From: an uncultured Nitrospinaceae bacterium
GTDB lineage: Bacteria > UBA8248
Assembly (NCBI GenBank): GCA_964005815.1
Contig: CAXFSR010000011.1
Span: forward strand, 1-39,542
Length of the DNA: 39,542 nucleotides
Direction of reading: 5' to 3'
Below are positions 33,784-39,542 of this stretch, piece by piece (the first letter of the stretch is position 1; each line of letters begins with the position of its first letter). Below the pieces are notes generated by a model. That model was not told where the DNA came from, made no database searches, and saw nothing but the letters and a program-made list of their open reading frames with translations. The position numbers and the translations under genes were made by a program.

Positions 33784-34791
33784 TTAGTGTAGGAGACACC
33801 GCACAAAATGCCCAGGAGAAACTTCTTTTAATTCTGGCTCCTGTTCATGACATTTATCCATAACATCTTTACATCTAGGATTGAAGCTACAACCACTGGG
33901 TAGCAAATTAAGTGAAGGAACAATACCTGGAATCTCTTGTAAACGAACCCGATCTACTCGGCCTGTAGATCTATCTTTTTCAAGAGTAGGAACAGAACCC
34001 AACAATCCCTGCGTATAAGGGTGTAAAGGGTTGCCAAAAATTTCTTTAATGGGAGCTTCTTCAACTACTTTTCCGGCGTACATAACGACAACTCTTTCGC
34101 AAGTCTCTGCAACTAAACCTAGATCATGAGTTATTAGAACTATTGCCGTTCCGAATTCTTCTTTCAGTTTCATCATCAAATCAAGAATCTGAGCTTGAAT
34201 CGTAACATCCAACGCAGTTGTAGGCTCATCTGCTAATAGAATCTTAGGATTACAGGAAAGTGCCATTGCTATCATAGCCCTCTGTCTCATTCCTCCTGAA
34301 AGTTGATGAGGATATTCTCTAACACGTTGTCTGGGAAGTGGAATCCCGACTAGATCAAGCATCTCTGCAGCCCTATCCATAGCTTCTTTCTTTTTTAATC
34401 CCTGATGCAACATTACTGCCTCTGAAATCTGAAACCCAATTGTGAAAACAGGATTTAAACTCGTCATAGGTTCCTGAAAAATCATCGCAATATTATTGCC
34501 ACGAATAGCCCGCATTTCTTTCGGTTCTAGTTTCGTAAGGTCCCTTCCCTCAAACAAAATACCATCTCCAAAAATACGTCCTGGAGGCTGAGGAACCAAA
34601 TTCAAAATAGAAAGAGCTGTTACACTTTTACCACAGCCAGATTCACCCACTACTCCTAAGGTTTCTCCAGATTTTAGAGAATATGTTACTCCATCCACGG
34701 CCCTAACTACACCCTCAGGTGTATGGAAATGTGTATGTAAATCTTTAAGTTCTAAAATTGTATTTGTTCCGACTGCGGAGTCAGGAGCCAT
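33784..34791 (-). CDS. Oligopeptide/dipeptide ABC transporter ATP-binding subunit (OppD/DppD-like)
   Basis: [44 protein letters not shown]-terminal motif. Confidence 0.96.
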   Translation of the reverse strand: MAPDSAVGTNTILELKDLHTHFHTPEGVVRAVDGVTYSLKSGETLGVVGESGCGKSVTALSILNLVPQPPGRIFGDGILFEGRDLTKLEPKEMRAIRGNNIAMIFQEPMTSLNPVFTIGFQISEAVMLHQGLKKKEAMDRAAEMLDLVGIPLPRQRVREYPHQLSGGMRQRAMIAMALSCNPKILLADEPTTALDVTIQAQILDLMMKLKEEFGTAIVLITHDLGLVAETCERVVVMYAGKVVEEAPIKEIFGNPLHPYTQGLLGSVPTLEKDRSTGRVDRVRLQEIPGIVPSLNLLPSGCSFNPRCKDVMDKCHEQEPELKEVSPGHFVRCLLH

Positions 34792-34898
34792 CTTCTAAAT
34801 CCTCCAAAGAAAACCATTCAATTTAATAAATATGAATTGCATTATAAGTTCTGTTAGCAATTTATGTCTAGTATAGAATTATATAAACGACAATTCTC

Positions 34899-35819
34899 TT
34901 ACCATCCTATCTTCTCGGTATTATAAATATCGAGTTTGTCTAATAAATCTTCAATATCTTTTTTTTCCTGATCATTTAGTGGCATTATAGGCTTCCTAGT
35001 AAGACCAACTGGCCTTTGCAAACACTCCATCGCGTATTTTATCCCTACAGGATATCGAAGATGATTTTCATTCAACAATTCTAATAGTTGCTTTACTTTA
35101 AATTGTAATTCACGGGCCTCTACAATGTTTAGATTTTCACAAGCATCAAAGAGCCTATTAACTAGTTTTGGAGCTACTTCAGAACAAGCAGAATAACAAC
35201 CACAACCGCCTACAGGCATGGAAGTAAGAAGATACTCTACCCCTGTAAAAATAGAAAAGTTCGGATTTAAATCCTTCGTTACCCTACATGCTTCAGTAAA
35301 AAATCCCATATGGAAAGTCGCATCTTTTAATCCAATAAAATTGGGTAATTTTTCAATCAATCTTTTTAGTAAATCTATTCCAATTTCTACCTGAACATTC
35401 TTGGGATTATTATATGCGATGAAATCTATATCTAGATCACCTACAACACTAACAAAATGTTCAAATAGACCTTCTTGTGTCGGTTTCCAGTGATATGGTG
35501 GGAGTAAAATAACACCAGAAGCTCCTGCTCTTTGGCTATAAAATGCAAGTTCTCTAGCAAGATCTGTACCTGCTTTACTTACATTTACAAAAACGGGAAC
35601 TCGATTGTCAGCAGAATCAACCAAACAATCAACTAAATCTTTTTGTTCTTTTTCGCTTAAATTTATAGATTCTCCTATGTGCATAGGATGTGAAATCATT
35701 CTAATTCCATTTTCGATTAGAAAATTGATCTGCTTAGAAAAAATATCAAAGTCAACTTTATTTTCTTCTGTAAAAGGGGTAATAGGCGCACCCATAACTC
35801 CTTTCAACTTTTCTTTCAC
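34899..35819 (-). CDS. DapA/NAL-family class I aldolase-like protein
   Basis: TPF......VD, GE...LS..E, PPY, YNNP, IGLKD (Schiff-base Lys). Start placed at GTG 35819, 6 nt after GAGGAG. Confidence 0.88.
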   Translation of the reverse strand: MKEKLKGVMGAPITPFTEENKVDFDIFSKQINFLIENGIRMISHPMHIGESINLSEKEQKDLVDCLVDSADNRVPVFVNVSKAGTDLARELAFYSQRAGASGVILLPPYHWKPTQEGLFEHFVSVVGDLDIDFIAYNNPKNVQVEIGIDLLKRLIEKLPNFIGLKDATFHMGFFTEACRVTKDLNPNFSIFTGVEYLLTSMPVGGCGCYSACSEVAPKLVNRLFDACENLNIVEARELQFKVKQLLELLNENHLRYPVGIKYAMECLQRPVGLTRKPIMPLNDQEKKDIEDLLDKLDIYNTEKIGW

Positions 35820-35844
35820 TAGCAACTCCTCTCAACATTTAGAA

Positions 35845-36087
35845 CTAATCTATTTTAGAATGAGAACCATCACACATTGGAGAATTCTTAGTTTGTTTAC
35901 ATCCACAGAAAGCACATCCCTGACCAGACTTCATGTCGTAAATCAAAGGCTTAAATCCACTCCCCTTATGAGAACCATCACAAAATGGTTGTTTAGTGCT
36001 TTTTCCACATGAACACCAAGCAACTTTTTCATCTTTATCTGCCTTATACATATAAGGCGATTTCTGCGCCACTAAAGGCTTATCCAT
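35845..36087 (-). CDS. Tandem CDGSH iron-sulfur domain protein (MiNT/CISD3-like)
   Basis: Two motifs: WCSCGKS.KQPFCDGSH and FCGCKQT...PMCDGSH. Confidence 0.95.
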   Translation of the reverse strand: MDKPLVAQKSPYMYKADKDEKVAWCSCGKSTKQPFCDGSHKGSGFKPLIYDMKSGQGCAFCGCKQTKNSPMCDGSHSKID

Positions 36088-36121
36088 TCATTCCTCCTTT
36101 CATAATCAATGCTTTTAGAAA

Positions 36122-38257
36122 TCAATTAGCATTTTTCTGGACCAAAGGTGTCAAAAATTCAGAGAATCTTTCGGGCATATAAGTCATCTTATAGCTATTA
36201 TCATAATAATGTAAACGTTCTACTCGACTAAGTTCAATGATCCCAAAATTCTTTTTCTCTTCCTTGAGATCAAAAAATTTGTTTGCCACTTTTGCAGCTA
36301 GAAATAAACTATCTAAGAGAGACAGATAATATTTTGTCAGTCTTAAATTTATTTCCAAAAACTCTTTATTATTCTCTCCGGAGTATGCGTAACTGAAAAA
36401 TTCTTTCAATAATTTTTCAGTTACATTAGGGATAATTTCTTCTTTCGTTCTAGGGGGAACACTGTCACTTAAACTAACATTATCTTCAACAAAAAAAGAA
36501 AAAGTGTCCAAGTCAAAATTGGCTCTTCCATATAAAAAAGAGGTCATTAGATTCTTTCCATTTACAAAGTGTGCAAAAAAATTTGAAGTGCGACTAAACG
36601 CCAGTTGCCTTTCTGAAGTAATCCCACTAAAACAATTCAGACCACTGTCAACGCTGAAAAGATAAGCATCAGAAGCTGTATCTGCTGTAGCGAAACCTGC
36701 TTCAATAGTATAATCACCCAGAGGTGTCCCAGCAAACGGGGAATATATAGCGTTCCAGTAATAATCTTCTTTTTTAAAATCTGAACTGCACACTAATTCA
36801 AGACATTTCAAAGATTCTTCTATAGGATCTTCGTAATAATGCTCTGCGCCATCTTTATCCAGGAGAGAAACTTGGCATTTAGAAGGATCGAATGAGGAGG
36901 GAGGTTTTAAAACTGGCAAACCAACTATTGACTGGGTTCTAAGTGGTACTTTAAATTTTTTCACATTTTTTATTGCATCTAAAATAGTTTTATTATTTTC
37001 ATGGCGATCCAAAAGAAGACTCCTAACCTTCGGATCCCCTGACTCTATCGCCATAGAAATTCCCGAAATCAAACCTTTCTCAGATATCTTTTGTATTCTC
37101 CGTATTCCTTTTTTCCCAGATAACATTGCAGGTCTAGCTTGAATATAAAAAGGGATACCTACTTCATCCATCCACCTTTCACTGAGTTCTTCCCACCATT
37201 CAAGATTGTTCAAGGAAATGTCTGCCTGATCAAAAATCGATTTTGTGCTAACTCCATATTCATCGTCTAATTTCAGAATATCTTTACCTTCATTCATAAG
37301 AGTTTCAATCGGTCTATCTTGTATGATACTCGGAGGAGCAATTCCTTTTCCTTTATACGCTTCTTTTAAATTATTTATCAGTGAACTGATATAACAATAC
37401 GAACATGAATAACTACAACCCAGAGCAGTCAAAACCGATTTCACCTTGCTTAATGCGTACCTTTTAGTTTTATCAGAAAATTCAAATGTATCTCTGTAAA
37501 AGTTTTCACGATCCATTCTAGGAATATTTGAATAAGGCATCGGATCATGATAAACACCAGGCTCAAAACTTCCCAAAAGAATATCTCTCAAAATATTTAT
37601 CCCTTTTCCTCTAACTACAAAATCACCCCCTTCTAGCCAAGAGTCTCTAAAATTATAGTTGTTATAATGACCTCCAATTATGAGAGGAGAATAAATTACA
37701 GTATCTCCATCGTAAATTGGTCCATTTGATTCTTTAACCATCTCTTTTAGAGTTTTATCCGCAAATTCAAAATCTGTTATCTTTTTACTTAAAATTTCGC
37801 TCGCTCTTTCCATTTTATATTTCTTTATCCACTCAAAGACAAAGTCAGTAAGTCCGGTATATAAATTAAAACCAATCCATTCTGGCCTCTCTTTATCCCA
37901 GTAATTTGATAAGAAGCCAATATTATCTTTTCCCAATAATAGATAATTTGGATTTCCATTCATAAACTTCACAACTCCACCAAGAGACATCAATGTTATA
38001 TTTTCTATTTCACTCGAATCATGTCCGACAAACAAAATCTTTGGACAAAGTTTTGGTTGATTTTTGGCAAGATGGAGACTATAGCCCTCCCAATCATTTG
38101 TTATATCGAAAGGCGTGTATAAAGTGTTTATGTATTGCCCCTGAATTATTTCAGTTTTAGGAATAATAGAATCAGATGGGAATCCCGAAGGATTTATTAA
38201 GTCATCATGTCTTTTAGGCAAGCTGTTGTTTAGAGTAACTAACCTTGTTTCCTGCAT
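36122..38257 (-). CDS. Large radical SAM protein with N-terminal cobalamin-binding-like domain
   Basis: CxxxCxxC (GCSYSCSYC, 37394-37417), RPIE.L..E, AIESG, IVGLP, PFAGTPL; upstream PEWIGF...IIGG...DFVVRG pattern of B12-binding radical SAM proteins. Confidence 0.82.
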   Translation of the reverse strand: MQETRLVTLNNSLPKRHDDLINPSGFPSDSIIPKTEIIQGQYINTLYTPFDITNDWEGYSLHLAKNQPKLCPKILFVGHDSSEIENITLMSLGGVVKFMNGNPNYLLLGKDNIGFLSNYWDKERPEWIGFNLYTGLTDFVFEWIKKYKMERASEILSKKITDFEFADKTLKEMVKESNGPIYDGDTVIYSPLIIGGHYNNYNFRDSWLEGGDFVVRGKGINILRDILLGSFEPGVYHDPMPYSNIPRMDRENFYRDTFEFSDKTKRYALSKVKSVLTALGCSYSCSYCYISSLINNLKEAYKGKGIAPPSIIQDRPIETLMNEGKDILKLDDEYGVSTKSIFDQADISLNNLEWWEELSERWMDEVGIPFYIQARPAMLSGKKGIRRIQKISEKGLISGISMAIESGDPKVRSLLLDRHENNKTILDAIKNVKKFKVPLRTQSIVGLPVLKPPSSFDPSKCQVSLLDKDGAEHYYEDPIEESLKCLELVCSSDFKKEDYYWNAIYSPFAGTPLGDYTIEAGFATADTASDAYLFSVDSGLNCFSGITSERQLAFSRTSNFFAHFVNGKNLMTSFLYGRANFDLDTFSFFVEDNVSLSDSVPPRTKEEIIPNVTEKLLKEFFSYAYSGENNKEFLEINLRLTKYYLSLLDSLFLAAKVANKFFDLKEEKKNFGIIELSRVERLHYYDNSYKMTYMPERFSEFLTPLVQKNAN

Positions 38258-38337
38258 CTTATAGTTTTATCCTCAAAGGTAGAAAATTTTGAGTCTATTC
38301 ACGCTCATAATGCATATGCATTTACTGAGGAATATAA

Positions 38338-38781
38338 TTGAGTTTCCAATTTAATGAAACACAAAAACTTATTCCATTAATAATATTTATTTTTTTCTCA
38401 TTCTTCTCAACTAATGCGAAATTAGCAATGGGCGATTCTTTAAATAAATACCTATGGGAACATAGAATTGTTCTCATTTTTTCAAAGAATAAGAACAATT
38501 CTATGTTTGTAGAACAAAAACAGCAGTTTTCAAACCTAAACGCAGAAACACAGGAAAGAGACTTAATCTTTCTTGATATCTTTAACAATTCCAATTCAAA
38601 ACATAAACACTTAAAGAACAAATACAATCCTGAGTCTTCTAATTTCAAAATTCTTCTTATTGGAAAAGATGGAGAAATCAAACTTCAGTCTTTGAAAGTA
38701 ATTACTCACGACAAGATATTTTCCCTTATAGACTCCATGCCTATGAGACAAATGGAAATACAGAAAAGAGCGAACGATTGA
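38338..38781 (+). CDS. Exported DUF4174-like (thioredoxin-fold) protein
   Basis: Signal peptide, W..R..LIF, ERD, F..LLIGKDG..K, IF..IDSMPMRQ.E. Confidence 0.85.
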   Translation: MSFQFNETQKLIPLIIFIFFSFFSTNAKLAMGDSLNKYLWEHRIVLIFSKNKNNSMFVEQKQQFSNLNAETQERDLIFLDIFNNSNSKHKHLKNKYNPESSNFKILLIGKDGEIKLQSLKVITHDKIFSLIDSMPMRQMEIQKRAND

Positions 38782-38818
38782 ATTTAAATCTTATCAAATG
38801 CTAAAAAAGGAGAACAAA

Positions 38819-39172
38819 GTGGCAAAAAAAATTGATTGGTACTACCACAGAAACGGATGAAACACTTGCACCAAAACGCAAGAGTTTCTTGCAAAAAACA
38901 AAATAGATGTTAAAGAAATAGTCCTTTCGTCTAAACAAAAAATCAAAATGCAAGATGCAGAAAACATTTTAAAAGGAATTAAAGAAATTTATTCTTCGCG
39001 AGGGAAAAAAGTTACTTATTTGAAAATAGAAACAATCAAAAAACAAAAAAATGAGATAGAAAAGATAATCTTAGGACCAACTGGAAACCTTCGTGCACCA
39101 TCAATTATTGTTAGAGGTACTTTGATCGTGGGATTCAATGAAGAAACCTACAATTCAATTTTGGTGGGTTAA
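38819..39172 (+). CDS. ArsC/Spx-like thioredoxin-fold selenoprotein (UxxC), with in-frame UGA read as Sec
   Basis: AAGGAG RBS, GTG at 38819, MAKKIDWYYHRNG-[TGA 38858-38860]-NTCTKTQEFL..., in frame with the track's 38948-39172 ORF; C-terminal GPTGNLRAP...LIVGFNEE. Confidence 0.85.
38878..38892 (+). promoter_or_regulatory. Putative bacterial SECIS apical stem-loop
   Basis: GCAAGA-GTT-TCTTGC perfect 6-bp stem; the loop starts with G and follows 23 intervening nt after the UGA. Confidence 0.6.
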
Positions 39173-39205
39173 AAATCTTTTAAAAAAAATTGACTGGACT
39201 ATCGA

Positions 39206-39542
39206 ATGAACGAAAAGAACATAAAAAAGATTTTAGTAACTGGGGCAAGTGGCTATGTAGGTTCTAGACTCATTCCTCTTTTACTGAAAAAAAAATATAA
39301 AGTAAGGGCGGCAAGCAGAAGTAAAAAGAAACTCTCTACATTTTTTTGGGCGAATGATCCAGATTTAGAAATTGTAGAATTAGACGCGTCTAACAGAGAA
39401 TCTCTAAAAAATGCCTGCAAAGATTGTGATTGTGTATATTATTTCATTCATTCTATGGATGAAACTAGTTCTGACTTTGCTGAAACAGATAGAATAGCTG
39501 CAAACAATATGGTTTTTGCTTCAGAGTCAACCTTTGTCAAGA
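39206..39542 (+). CDS. NAD(P)-binding atypical SDR (YbjT-like), partial
   Basis: Not in the ORF track. MNEKNIKKILVTGASGYVGSRLIPLLL...VRAASR...YYFIHSM...DF...DR.AA.N; runs off the window end. Confidence 0.88.
   Translation, partial: MNEKNIKKILVTGASGYVGSRLIPLLLKKKYKVRAASRSKKKLSTFFWANDPDLEIVELDASNRESLKNACKDCDCVYYFIHSMDETSSDFAETDRIAANNMVFASESTFVK

Noticed and set aside
38322..38681. 119-aa minus-strand ORF
   Set aside because: Antisense to the DUF4174-like gene, which has the RBS and family motifs.
38948..39172. 74-aa ORF as a stand-alone gene, or the locus as a nonsense pseudogene
   Set aside because: No RBS at 38948. The upstream in-frame RBS/GTG, the UxxC position of the TGA and the SECIS-like hairpin favour Sec recoding.

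Overview
A low-GC bacterial chromosome segment, mostly core genes, from a diderm LPS producer (kdsB-pyrG-kdsA). About 35 CDSs: guaA/guaB, mutL, mazG, RecD2, an LsrF-like aldolase with a Zn-dehydrogenase, a YhaM-like HD nuclease, a degenerate thermonuclease, a class III aminotransferase and MFS, thrC plus cystathionine gamma-synthase, a Kdo/polysaccharide block, an ICL/PEP-mutase + ABM + beta-hydroxyacid dehydrogenase operon, rhodanese-MoeB, and a B12-type radical SAM / CDGSH / DapA-like cluster. Three CDSs are missing or mis-called in the ORF track: a partial hsdM at the left edge, a UGA-recoded ArsC-like selenoprotein at 38819-39172, and a partial SDR at the right edge. Best leads: (1) the hidden UxxC selenoprotein with a SECIS-like hairpin; (2) an operon pairing plant-type threonine synthase with a plant-type cystathionine gamma-synthase, suggesting a bacterial O-phosphohomoserine branch point; (3) a lambda-like attachment site (IHF boxes and arm-type repeats) at the guaA 3' end, bordering a higher-GC island; (4) several enzymes with altered active sites or insertions. 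All family assignments come from motif recognition and recalled reference sequences; no database search was run.
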